Origin: a virus
Taxonomy: Duplodnaviria; Caudoviricetes
IMG/VR virus record: IMGVR_UViG_3300033076_001048
Span: 1-64,000 of that record
Reading direction: 5' to 3' (one strand)
Length of the DNA: 64,000 nt
Shown here in pieces: positions 46,564 to 55,627 of the stretch. The notes below the pieces were generated by a model, which had not been told where the DNA came from, did not search any database, and saw only the letters and a list, made by a program, of their open reading frames with translations. Numbering within the stretch: position 1 is the first letter of the stretch; the number at the start of each line of letters is the position of its first letter. The translations under genes and the position numbers were made by a program.

Positions 46564-46812
46564 TTAATAGTCTCCCCATGTTGTATCATCAATTTGTTCA
46601 GATAAAACCTCAATTTTGTTTTCAACGTAATATTTTAGTTTTCTAGTACTTTCCAAATACTCCAATCTTAGTTTATGGAACTCTTCATCTTCAATTTCTT
46701 CAAATGAACTATATTGTTCAAAACAATAATCCATACCCTCATTTCCCATTCGATATTGAACGGAACGGAAATTATCTAAATTCTCTTCTAACTGTTTGAT
46801 ATTCGGTTTCAT
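46564..46812 (-). CDS. Acidic hypothetical protein
   Basis: ORF track. Confidence 0.7.
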   Translation of the reverse strand: MKPNIKQLEENLDNFRSVQYRMGNEGMDYCFEQYSSFEEIEDEEFHKLRLEYLESTRKLKYYVENKIEVLSEQIDDTTWGDY

Positions 46813-46813
46813 A

Positions 46814-47188
46814 TTAGTTAATTATTTCAAAGTAAAATTTAATTTCTTTTGGTGTCTCCTTTAACAAACCATAATCACGAGCCAATCTGAAGTTGGGTGT
46901 GTCACGATTTAATCTCATCAAAGATGTTTCAATTACTTTCCTGAATTGTTCTAAGTTGTAAGTTGATTTCCATTTATTACAACGAGAACATGATGGATTG
47001 AGATTTTCAATATCGTGTGACCCTTTGGTTATGTTATACTTTGTTGCTTCTTGTTCGTTAATTGTATGCCAATGCGGTTTTATATGGTCAACCTGCATCT
47101 TTTTAATATCAATCTCAATACCACAGTATGCACATCTACCATTACATTTTTTATATACGTCTTCTCTATTAACCTTCGTCTTCTTCAC
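46814..47188 (-). CDS. HNH endonuclease
   Basis: RCAYCG...VDHIKP...NLNPSCSRCNKWK; probable GTG start. Confidence 0.85.
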   Translation of the reverse strand: MKKTKVNREDVYKKCNGRCAYCGIEIDIKKMQVDHIKPHWHTINEQEATKYNITKGSHDIENLNPSCSRCNKWKSTYNLEQFRKVIETSLMRLNRDTPNFRLARDYGLLKETPKEIKFYFEIIN

Positions 47189-47441
47189 CTTCTTGAGGAT
47201 TAAATAATGCAAATTTTGTATCATCAGGCATTGATTTAAAACCACCTTCACCATCCATATAAGTAAAAGCCAATGTAACAATACAACTGCGAATACTGTC
47301 TAATTCATGTTGAATGCTATCCACATCAATTAATACATGTGGGTCCCAAGATTCATCTTTAATATTTGAATTCAATTTACTTACGAGGGAATTGTAATTT
47401 CTTACCAATTGATTCCTCAATCCGTCCATACTTACTTCCAT
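47169..47441 (-). CDS. Hypothetical protein
   Basis: ORF track. Confidence 0.7.
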   Translation of the reverse strand: MEVSMDGLRNQLVRNYNSLVSKLNSNIKDESWDPHVLIDVDSIQHELDSIRSCIVTLAFTYMDGEGGFKSMPDDTKFALFNPQEGEEDEG

Positions 47442-47442
47442 G

Positions 47443-47628
47443 TTATTTATTTTTTTTTACAAAAATATAATATTCATACGACTTATCCCAATATTTTCTT
47501 GTACGACATGTTAACACCCATTTTTGTAGTCTATACCATCTTTTTAACTTGACATACCAATGGTCATTGTCCATATCTTTTTCCAATTCTTCAAGTATTG
47601 GACTTGTATATTTTCTTGGTTTGGTCAT
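47443..47628 (-). CDS. Hypothetical protein
   Basis: ORF track. Confidence 0.6.
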   Translation of the reverse strand: MTKPRKYTSPILEELEKDMDNDHWYVKLKRWYRLQKWVLTCRTRKYWDKSYEYYIFVKKNK

Positions 47629-47632
47629 AATT

Positions 47633-48055
47633 TTAATTTGTCACATCAGTCAAATATTGACCAGGTCCTAATTCTACTCTATAACAACCTTTTTGGTTTT
47701 CCATCTCATCCATCCATGTGTCCCAATTAGTATCCAATAATTTCACGAATGCGTCGTTGTTTCCACGTTCTTTATATCTTTGGATGTATTCATCTTTCAA
47801 ACTTCTATGTGGATGAACCAACACAAAATTGATTCCGTTTTTTACTAAAGCGTCTCTTACATCTTTGTGAGATGATACTAATATTTTATCAACCGATTCA
47901 TTGTCAAGACCACTTTTGATATGTTCAATATAGTTCTCAGGAAAATGTTTCTTATCAAACTTTGAACTATCACTATCCCAAACATTTTTGTCTGTGGTGT
48001 TAAAATAAGTTGTTTTCCCAACACCAGGGAATGCCGAATATACTTTTGTTTTCAT
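47633..48055 (-). CDS. P-loop NMP-kinase-like protein
   Basis: SAFPGVGKT Walker A. Confidence 0.8.
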   Translation of the reverse strand: MKTKVYSAFPGVGKTTYFNTTDKNVWDSDSSKFDKKHFPENYIEHIKSGLDNESVDKILVSSHKDVRDALVKNGINFVLVHPHRSLKDEYIQRYKERGNNDAFVKLLDTNWDTWMDEMENQKGCYRVELGPGQYLTDVTN

Positions 48056-48061
48056 ATGTTA

Positions 48062-48358
48062 TTACTTTTTTGGTGGTTTTGGAGTTTTACCTTCTTTAAT
48101 TTTTCTATCTTCAGGAGGTGTTGGTGAATTCGGAACAAGAGTTACTTCTATTTCGTGTGGTACCATTCTTTGAACTATGTATCCATTATTGTCTATTTGA
48201 TATAAACAATCTCCCACATGTAGAATTAACCTCTCAACTCTCATACACTCTTTATCATCAATCACTTTCATTCCAAATGATTTTGATTTCACTGTAACAC
48301 CCGTTGGGTCAACAGATTCTAACTTAACTTCAATTCTTTTTTTATTACATTTCTTCAT
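48062..48358 (-). CDS. Hypothetical protein
   Basis: ORF track. Confidence 0.6.
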   Translation of the reverse strand: MKKCNKKRIEVKLESVDPTGVTVKSKSFGMKVIDDKECMRVERLILHVGDCLYQIDNNGYIVQRMVPHEIEVTLVPNSPTPPEDRKIKEGKTPKPPKK

Positions 48359-48503
48359 CGGTATTGTTCTCCCTTATTGATTTTTCTTGTTGGTATATTG
48401 CTTCCCAATAATCTTCTTCAGTTATCCCTGAACCCCAGATGAATAGTTTCCAACCGATGGTGGCAATAAATTTTCTAATTTCTAATAATATGTTAGTTTC
48501 CAT
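48345..48503 (-). CDS. Hypothetical protein (52 aa)
   Basis: Hand-translated METNILLEIRK... Confidence 0.55.
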   Translation of the reverse strand: METNILLEIRKFIATIGWKLFIWGSGITEEDYWEAIYQQEKSIRENNTDEEM

Positions 48504-48509
48504 TGTATT

Positions 48510-48680
48510 TTATTTTATATAAACTTTAAGTTCATCAATCAAAAGTTTCTCAACCTCTTTTCTAATCTTTTTAGGTATAACTATTTCAGGTGTTCCTTCC
48601 TCAACTACTATTTCAGTTTTTATTGAAATGGTTTCACATTTCAGTTTTTTTGTTTCAAGTTTCAAATTTATTTCTTTCAT
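48510..48680 (-). CDS. Hypothetical protein
   Basis: Start MKEINL. Confidence 0.55.
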   Translation of the reverse strand: MKEINLKLETKKLKCETISIKTEIVVEEGTPEIVIPKKIRKEVEKLLIDELKVYIK

Positions 48681-48681
48681 G

Positions 48682-49119
48682 TCATTTATTACCTCCGTAT
48701 GTTTCCTCAAACCTATCTGTAATGTAGTTACGAGTAAATTCGTCCTCATCCATATCGGTCTTGTCTAATTCTTGGTAGTAGTCTTCATAACATTCAAGAC
48801 CTGTTTCAAAACCTCTTGCAAATCCAATGTGCATTGCGGTTTCTCGGGTTTGTTCACGAAGTTTTGCCCACCCAGCACTTAACTGTTCTAACTCAAGTTT
48901 ATGAATTGATTTGTAACTATTTAACAAATCATTTATCTCATCACCATTTCCTTGCAAAAATCCTTTTTCGTATAAGGCGATGGCAAATAGTTCTACGCTA
49001 TTTTGTGATTTATTGTTACTCATTCTTTTATCTGTTAAAAATTTAGTTAATGTTTCAGTTGTTTCTTTTTTTAATGCTTCATCCAGTTTGTTTGCAAGTT
49101 TGTTTAAGTCAATGCTCAT
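48682..49119 (-). CDS. Hypothetical protein
   Basis: Start MSIDLN. Confidence 0.65.
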   Translation of the reverse strand: MSIDLNKLANKLDEALKKETTETLTKFLTDKRMSNNKSQNSVELFAIALYEKGFLQGNGDEINDLLNSYKSIHKLELEQLSAGWAKLREQTRETAMHIGFARGFETGLECYEDYYQELDKTDMDEDEFTRNYITDRFEETYGGNK

Positions 49120-49312
49120 TGTTACCTCCTTGTATTTGATTCCCACATTTATTACAGTAGTAGTTTTTATTAACAAAAGAATAGTCTTTTGTGAATTGAA
49201 TTCTATCCCACCTTATGTTCGTGGTGTTGCAATAACCTCCTTTTTCACATTTAGGCATATTCATAAACCAACCCCAAAAATTTTTCATGTTAAATTGTTG
49301 TGTATTTGTCAT
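49109..49312 (-). CDS. Small Cys-rich (Zn-finger-like) protein
   Basis: C...C...YCNKCG. Confidence 0.55.
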   Translation of the reverse strand: MTNTQQFNMKNFWGWFMNMPKCEKGGYCNTTNIRWDRIQFTKDYSFVNKNYYCNKCGNQIQGGNNEH

Positions 49313-49361
49313 TGTTACTCATTGTTTTCAATTTTTAGTTATTAATGTTCATGTTTATATT

Positions 49362-49652
49362 TTAATCAATCATTTTATATGTTACGTTACTTGGTTGCTC
49401 ACCATTCTCAACCCTAATTCTTTCTTTGTGACCTTCGATTACTTCTAAAGCCTCTTCTTCGGTTCCCCAAGTTTCACATCCCGTTCTTGTTATATCGTAA
49501 GATGGGTTGGACGGATATCCTCTTAGAATGTTTACCCATACGGTCTCTTCTCGTTTGGTAAGAATACTCCCTCGTGTTTCGGTAATTTCAACTTGAGGTT
49601 GGTATCTCTTTCGTCCGTTTTTTAATTCAGTTATTTCAATTCTATATTTCAT
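49362..49652 (-). CDS. Hypothetical protein
   Basis: Start MKYRIE. Confidence 0.7.
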   Translation of the reverse strand: MKYRIEITELKNGRKRYQPQVEITETRGSILTKREETVWVNILRGYPSNPSYDITRTGCETWGTEEEALEVIEGHKERIRVENGEQPSNVTYKMID

Positions 49653-49659
49653 GATTGTA

Positions 49660-50259
49660 TTAAGATAATGAATTTGGAAGATATAGTAAAGTTGGGTTCT
49701 TTTTTTGAATATCAACGTGTGGAAAAACATTACCAAACATCATAACATCAAATCTACCAGTAATTAAATGGTACCCATTCTTAGTTGAGATAGTAGCGTA
49801 GATTTTATTACCTTCAGGTCTTGCAGTGTTAACACATCTCATAATCCTTAATAGTTCTTCCTCATCTTTGGTATCAACATCGACAATCCATCTTTTTTCA
49901 AGAGTTTTAATTTGACCAACAACAGAATCAAATAATCCTTGTTGGAAGTTATTACCGTCCTGAATACGTTGAGCTAATGCAACCATCATGTTCAATGATA
50001 CGTCCCTGTGGTTTTGTTTTTGGACGTGAATGTAAGCACGTGCCTTGAACATCTCACAGAGTTGTTTAATCTCATCATATCTACGTTCAAGATAATCAAT
50101 ACTGCTAACACAATAACTTTTAATTGTCCTAACAGATTGATGATTATCTCTTTCACCCTCAGGTTGGTCTTTCTTTCGTTTGAAGACGTAAAGCATATAA
50201 AAATCACCCTTTTCCTCAAAGTTTAATAGTTGTTTGATTTGTTCTAAATTATCAATCAT
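49660..50259 (-). CDS. Putative AEP-superfamily (primase-polymerase-like) protein
   Basis: WIVDVD and STKNGYHL resemble AEP motifs I and II. Confidence 0.6.
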   Translation of the reverse strand: MIDNLEQIKQLLNFEEKGDFYMLYVFKRKKDQPEGERDNHQSVRTIKSYCVSSIDYLERRYDEIKQLCEMFKARAYIHVQKQNHRDVSLNMMVALAQRIQDGNNFQQGLFDSVVGQIKTLEKRWIVDVDTKDEEELLRIMRCVNTARPEGNKIYATISTKNGYHLITGRFDVMMFGNVFPHVDIQKKNPTLLYLPNSLS

Positions 50260-50689
50260 ATACGTTAACTTTTTTTAATAGTTTATTAATTTTTCTATCA
50301 CCAACTTTTGTTGGTAATTTTTTCAAATACTTGATGAACTGACCTCGTTCCATTCTTGGAAATTTAGATGGTGGGTATTTACCTGAATCAAAATCCCAAT
50401 TTGTTGTGTCAATATTTTCCCAATAAAGATGTTGAATTGTAGTATCAACAACACTATGTTCATCACTTTCACCCCAATAGTCGGCAGTCCAGAAATGAAC
50501 TTCAGGCATATATAAGGGCCACCTATATCCACCACTACTTCTGTAATGCTTTCTATTGTGCCAATGATATTCAGCCCAATATAAGTCCTTTATCTTGAAA
50601 TCCTCAAGTAATCCTTTTCTATAAAGAAGATAAACAATTTGTTTCTCCTCTTTAATCCAACGTCTTTTAACTTTTGGTGTACGTGCCAT
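50252..50689 (-). CDS. Hypothetical protein
   Basis: Start MARTPK. Confidence 0.7.
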   Translation of the reverse strand: MARTPKVKRRWIKEEKQIVYLLYRKGLLEDFKIKDLYWAEYHWHNRKHYRSSGGYRWPLYMPEVHFWTADYWGESDEHSVVDTTIQHLYWENIDTTNWDFDSGKYPPSKFPRMERGQFIKYLKKLPTKVGDRKINKLLKKVNVYD

Positions 50690-50783
50690 TATAGTCCTGT
50701 TATTAATTTGAATATTACATATGCCAACATCCATCCCATAAAGAAACCTTTGGCAAAATCACTTGGTTGTTTTACTTCTCTTT

Positions 50784-51527
50784 TCATAGTTCTGTTGTTG
50801 GTTTTAACCACATTCCACGACCAAACATGATTTCGATAAGTTTTGGATTTGTGTATTTAATTTTTTCAAACAAGTCTAAAGTTTTGATGGTGTCGTGTTT
50901 CATCATCTTATAAACCTCATCCCTAATACGTTCTTGTGAGACAACCTGTTCAAGTTTTTCCACAACAGAATCCATCAAACATGTTTCCCAAATTCTTGGT
51001 GAAATGTCAAACCCTTTTGTGATTGAGAATCTAAATGCTCTTAATAATCTTAATGGGTCATCCATCATGGTTACACGAGCATCCAATGGTGTTAATAATA
51101 GTTTATTTTCCAATGCCCACATACCGTCAAATAAATCAATGATGTTTCCGTTTTCGTCTTTTGCCATAGCATTTAAGGTAAAATCCCTACGTTCCAAATC
51201 GTCTTTTAACGTGCCAGGAACAACAATAGGTTGTCTTGTACCTTCCACATACCCAACCTCTTTTCTTGCCATTACAAAGTCTGCAACACCCTGATGCGTA
51301 TGTTCTTTTGGGAACTTGGCTCTGATGGTAAAACAATCAGGTGTGACCAAGAATATTTCATACCCTTCAACCTTTAAGTATTCCTCTAAAATACCAAACA
51401 TAGTGTGAGCAGAACTAACATCTTTCAACAGTTCTTCACTTGGAACTGCAACATAATCAATGTCTTTGGATTTGAGTCCAAGAATTTCATCTCGAACACA
51501 ACCACCCACTTCATAGAATTTAAACAT
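50784..51527 (-). CDS. cca: Class II tRNA nucleotidyltransferase (CCA-adding/poly(A) polymerase family)
   Basis: VGGCVRD...DIDY, DLERRDFTLNAMA, DDPLRLLRAFRF, VSQERI. Confidence 0.9.
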   Translation of the reverse strand: MFKFYEVGGCVRDEILGLKSKDIDYVAVPSEELLKDVSSAHTMFGILEEYLKVEGYEIFLVTPDCFTIRAKFPKEHTHQGVADFVMARKEVGYVEGTRQPIVVPGTLKDDLERRDFTLNAMAKDENGNIIDLFDGMWALENKLLLTPLDARVTMMDDPLRLLRAFRFSITKGFDISPRIWETCLMDSVVEKLEQVVSQERIRDEVYKMMKHDTIKTLDLFEKIKYTNPKLIEIMFGRGMWLKPTTEL

Positions 51528-51596
51528 ATTACAAAAATAATAAAAAATCCCCACACTTTCGTATGAGGATTACATTTTTTTTATAATTTTGATTTG

Positions 51597-52130
51597 TTAG
51601 AATGTTTTTACCTTCATATATGGTTCTAAATCATATTTGTCTATAATCTGTTTGAAGATTTGTTGTCTGTATCTTTTACCTAATGTGTTTCGTTGTGTAA
51701 TTCCATAATAACCAAACCCTGAATCACCACTCATACCAATAACTTTATAATATGGTTGTCCATGTATTGTCGTCAGTTTTGCTCGTGCTTCGAATGAATA
51801 TTGCATACCATTTTTGGAACCAAATCTGAATTTACCTAAATATCTTTGAATTTCCCTACCATATTTATAATCCCCCAATTTAAGTTTCTCGACTAAAATT
51901 TCATGTAAGTATAACGACATTCCATCTGCAGACATATAGATAAGTGGTAAGTGACTATCTTCACTAAATTTAATTAGGTCACCATCATACATAATATCTA
52001 AAAAATTATCAATTCCACCAAGATATTTTAAAGTATTCTGAAAACCAAAATCATCAACCATACCTTGAATAATTTCTTTTTGCTCGACCTCTGTTTCTTC
52101 TTTTAATATTTTACGGATTAATTCTTTCAT
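51597..52130 (-). CDS. Leader-family protein (MKELIRKILKEE)
   Basis: Leader plus late motif at 52142-49. Confidence 0.8.
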   Translation of the reverse strand: MKELIRKILKEETEVEQKEIIQGMVDDFGFQNTLKYLGGIDNFLDIMYDGDLIKFSEDSHLPLIYMSADGMSLYLHEILVEKLKLGDYKYGREIQRYLGKFRFGSKNGMQYSFEARAKLTTIHGQPYYKVIGMSGDSGFGYYGITQRNTLGKRYRQQIFKQIIDKYDLEPYMKVKTF

Positions 52131-52177
52131 ATAAGGTTATATATAAATAGTTTGATTTTAATATATTTATAAATTAT

Positions 52178-53656
52178 ATGGCATTTTTACCAATTACCTT
52201 TAACACTGGGTCTACAATATCAGGAACTACGCAATATGGAAATATTGCTGTTGGTTCTGAAAATTTTGATATATCAGCATATTCAAACCGTAATTGGTAT
52301 TATTCACCTACAAATGTTTCAGGATGGACAATATTTTCAGACACAGGAACCATTTGGGGTAACGCAAACCCAATTCCAACATTTTGGGTAGCACCTGATT
52401 TTACAAGTAATTCTTTAATAAATTTAGTCAATCAGTTACCCAATAGAAATGGATTGGTTACACCAATAACTACAAGTGGTGACGCAATTTCATGGTTATC
52501 AACTAACGGTTACTACACCAATAGTCCCGTATCATTTATGCCCTTAATAATGTCGTTCACAACAACTACCTCAAATGAATCAATTGTCTTACCATTTATT
52601 CAAGGTGGTTATTATGAAGGAACAATAAATTGGGGTGATGGTACAACTTCTAATAGTTCATATGATAATAGAACACACGTGTACTCAACTGCAAGTGCTT
52701 ACACAGTAACAATAAGTGGTAGATGTGAAGGATTTACATTTGAACCAGGCTTAGGTAGTAGTTATAATAAAGTTAGTTCTGTTACTCAATGGGGTAGTAT
52801 GTTGTTTGGGTCGAACAGACAAGGTACTGATAGTTATTTTCAAGGTACATCAAATTTAAATTTAACCGCAGTTTCAGATGTTCCATCTACATCGGGATTA
52901 ACAAATTGGTGGGAAATGTTTAGAGATAGAACTCAAGGTAATCCATCTATTAATAGATTAAATGAATGGGATACAAGAAGTGCCACCGCAATGGGTCTTA
53001 TGTATAATAGAAACTTTTCATGGAATCAAAATATTGGGAATTGGGACGTATCAAACGTTAGTTTGTTTACTCAAATGTTCTATAGAGCTAACTCATATAA
53101 TAATGGTGGTTCAGACACAATTAAAAATTGGAATACAAGCGCAGCAACTTCAATGGCTGCGATGTTTTATCAAACTCAATTTAATCAACCAATAACAGGT
53201 TGGAATGTTAGTAATGTAACAAATATGAGTCAGATGTTTCAACAAACACCTTTCAATTATCCAATTAATAGTTGGGATGTTAAAAATGTTACAAATATGG
53301 GTTCTATGTTTTATGGTTGTACTTCATTTAACCAACCATTAAGTAGTTGGACAACATCAGCTTGTACAAATATGTCATATATGTTTTATGGTGCAACATC
53401 ATTTAATCAAGATATTGGTAATTGGAACGTAAGTAATGTTTCAAACTTCACGGGTTTTATGGGAACTAAAACTGATTTAACTTTTTCATCATCTAATTTA
53501 GATTCTATTTATAATGGTTGGTCATCAAGACCTGTACAACCAAACATTTCAATAAGTTTTGGAACCGCAAAATATACGTCAGCTAGCGCCGCTGGTAAAG
53601 CAATATTAACAGGTTCACCAAACAATTGGACAATAACAGACGGAGGACAAATATAA
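52178..53656 (+). CDS. BspA/DUF285-repeat protein with a PKD-like domain; candidate virion adhesin
   Basis: WDVSNVTNMxxMF...FNQ.I..W repeats; INWGDG; late motif. Confidence 0.85.
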   Translation: MAFLPITFNTGSTISGTTQYGNIAVGSENFDISAYSNRNWYYSPTNVSGWTIFSDTGTIWGNANPIPTFWVAPDFTSNSLINLVNQLPNRNGLVTPITTSGDAISWLSTNGYYTNSPVSFMPLIMSFTTTTSNESIVLPFIQGGYYEGTINWGDGTTSNSSYDNRTHVYSTASAYTVTISGRCEGFTFEPGLGSSYNKVSSVTQWGSMLFGSNRQGTDSYFQGTSNLNLTAVSDVPSTSGLTNWWEMFRDRTQGNPSINRLNEWDTRSATAMGLMYNRNFSWNQNIGNWDVSNVSLFTQMFYRANSYNNGGSDTIKNWNTSAATSMAAMFYQTQFNQPITGWNVSNVTNMSQMFQQTPFNYPINSWDVKNVTNMGSMFYGCTSFNQPLSSWTTSACTNMSYMFYGATSFNQDIGNWNVSNVSNFTGFMGTKTDLTFSSSNLDSIYNGWSSRPVQPNISISFGTAKYTSASAAGKAILTGSPNNWTITDGGQI

Positions 53657-54012
53657 TGAGTCAAATAACATTTCCAACACAAACAACATATTATATATGT
53701 TACATTGATAATCAAACATTTAATGCTGGTTTTGTTGAACCAAATCAAGAAATGATAAGTGGTTTACCATATATTTTTGAAACAACATCAAAAGTTGATT
53801 GGTTAAATGAATTAGTTAATTATAATACTTATTTGGGTTATATCTTCAATGACATTGAAGACGCTAATGATGCTAAAATAAGTGTTGATAATTACTATGG
53901 ACCTAATACTTGTATAATTAATTATACTACAAACAATGACCCAAATTTTTGGTATATACTTGGAACATTTACACCAGTTTTAGGTGACCCAATTTTATTT
54001 CAAATAAGTTAA
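53656..54012 (+). CDS. Hypothetical protein translationally coupled to the DUF285 gene
   Basis: TAATG overlap. Confidence 0.65.
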   Translation: MSQITFPTQTTYYICYIDNQTFNAGFVEPNQEMISGLPYIFETTSKVDWLNELVNYNTYLGYIFNDIEDANDAKISVDNYYGPNTCIINYTTNNDPNFWYILGTFTPVLGDPILFQIS

Positions 54013-54028
54013 ACTTTATAATAATCAC

Positions 54029-54370
54029 ATGAATAATCTTATAAACGAATCGTACAATGAACAAGAGATTTTGGATTTGATTGATTTCATTGTTCCAAAT
54101 TTAACAATCCAAGAATCAAAATTGGTTTTTAGAAAAAGGAAAAAAGATAATAATCTTTACTTTGTAGATGAAAACGGTTTGAAATATTTTCAATATAATA
54201 TTGCCAGTAATGAATTAGGATTTTATCATGAAATAATGGAAGATGTAATGAAATACATGCCAGGAACAAAAATAATCTTCTACAAGTTAATTAGAGAGTG
54301 GTTTAAAAACAAATATGATTTACCTGTTAAAGGTATTCCGTTTGCAATGAAATCAAGTTACTTTATTTAA
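54029..54370 (+). CDS. Hypothetical protein of a recurring small domain family
   Basis: ...IREWFKNKY C-terminus resembles 43199 and 31431. Confidence 0.7.
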   Translation: MNNLINESYNEQEILDLIDFIVPNLTIQESKLVFRKRKKDNNLYFVDENGLKYFQYNIASNELGFYHEIMEDVMKYMPGTKIIFYKLIREWFKNKYDLPVKGIPFAMKSSYFI

Positions 54371-54403
54371 CAATTTTCATTACATAAAAATATAATAAAA
54401 TAC

Positions 54404-54829
54404 TTAAAGGTCTAATATTGTGTAGTAGTGATGTTCTTCAGATAAAAATTCTGATGTTGGATGTGGGTCAAAATATGGCACCAACTTATTATTCACATTT
54501 TGATAAACACAACAATGTGGTTTTTTTCTTTGTGATAAACCTCTAACAATAACAAACTCTTGTGTTGGTATTTCATTAAGACCTTTATATTTTAATGTCT
54601 TATTGTATTTCATTTTTAACCACAAATCCATAATCTTAAACCACTGATGTTCACCAGGTCTTAATGTCTTATCTTTGTCTAAACCATAGAACACATATAT
54701 GTTTGGTACCTCGTCAATCGGTAATTCTAATATAGACGCAAAACACGCTATTAAGCAATTACCATAGGTCATTCGCTTACCATCAGAAAAAAACAAAGAA
54801 TACTTTGTTTGATTAACAATTTTTACCAT
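54404..54829 (-). CDS. Putative papain/C39-like peptidase
   Basis: GNCLIACFAS...PHCCV...FDP (Cys-His-Asp order). Confidence 0.55.
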   Translation of the reverse strand: MVKIVNQTKYSLFFSDGKRMTYGNCLIACFASILELPIDEVPNIYVFYGLDKDKTLRPGEHQWFKIMDLWLKMKYNKTLKYKGLNEIPTQEFVIVRGLSQRKKPHCCVYQNVNNKLVPYFDPHPTSEFLSEEHHYYTILDL

Positions 54830-54840
54830 ATTTATAAATA
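54829..54840. promoter_or_regulatory. Palindromic bidirectional late motif TATTTATAAATA
   Basis: Fills the gap between divergent ATGs at 54829(-) and 54842(+). Confidence 0.6.
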
Positions 54841-54841
54841 C

Positions 54842-55594
54842 ATGAACTTACAAGAACAAATATATAGGTCAAGAAAACTTATGATTGAAAATCACCAAGA
54901 ACGATTATCTTTGGTTGAAGATTTATTAAATGATTTTTTGAGTTTTGATGGAAATATTTCATATAAAACAGTTCATGAGGATGTTGATGAGATAATAACA
55001 GGATTTAGTGTTGAAGCAACAATCGATTCGTCAATGTACCACATGGTTTCTCCAAACTACAACCCTGAGTATAATGAATTTTTGAACTATTTAGATGATA
55101 AAATTTATAAATTAGTTAATAACTATTTGGGTGATGATGTTCAGTATGAAGTGGTAGTATTTTTTCATAAGAATGTTGAAAAGGTAATTGAAGTTTCAAA
55201 ACCAATGTTAAAAAAGGCAATGGGTGTATATTCAAGAGATTATCATTATCCAAATTTAAATTTTAAATTTATTTCAAACTTACGTAATCCAGCATTAACT
55301 ATTTTTATTGAAAAGAATGTTGAGAATGGTTTGGCATTTAATCACACATATTTTAAGGAAACGTTAAATGGTTTATTCTATGATAGAATGGGTCATGGAT
55401 TATTTGATGATTTCTACATTACTGCAGTTACCAGTGATTTTGAAAAAACTCAAACAACAAAAATATATGAATCGGTTGTTGACGGTAAAGTAATATGTGA
55501 TAATTGTGATTGGTCTTGGGAATTATCTGATGGTGGAAAAGACCCCTACACTTGTCATAAGTGTGGTCATGAAAACAAAAACCCCCACGATTAA
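54842..55594 (+). CDS. Leader-family protein with a C-terminal Zn ribbon
   Basis: MNLQEQIYRSRKLMIE; KIYE-...CDNC...CHKC. Confidence 0.8.
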   Translation: MNLQEQIYRSRKLMIENHQERLSLVEDLLNDFLSFDGNISYKTVHEDVDEIITGFSVEATIDSSMYHMVSPNYNPEYNEFLNYLDDKIYKLVNNYLGDDVQYEVVVFFHKNVEKVIEVSKPMLKKAMGVYSRDYHYPNLNFKFISNLRNPALTIFIEKNVENGLAFNHTYFKETLNGLFYDRMGHGLFDDFYITAVTSDFEKTQTTKIYESVVDGKVICDNCDWSWELSDGGKDPYTCHKCGHENKNPHD

Positions 55595-55627
55595 GTGAGG
55601 GTTCATATTACCTTGTGATTTTTGTTT

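Noticed and set aside
52980-53460. Periodic repeats in 52178-53656
   Set aside because: Known DUF285/BspA protein repeat.
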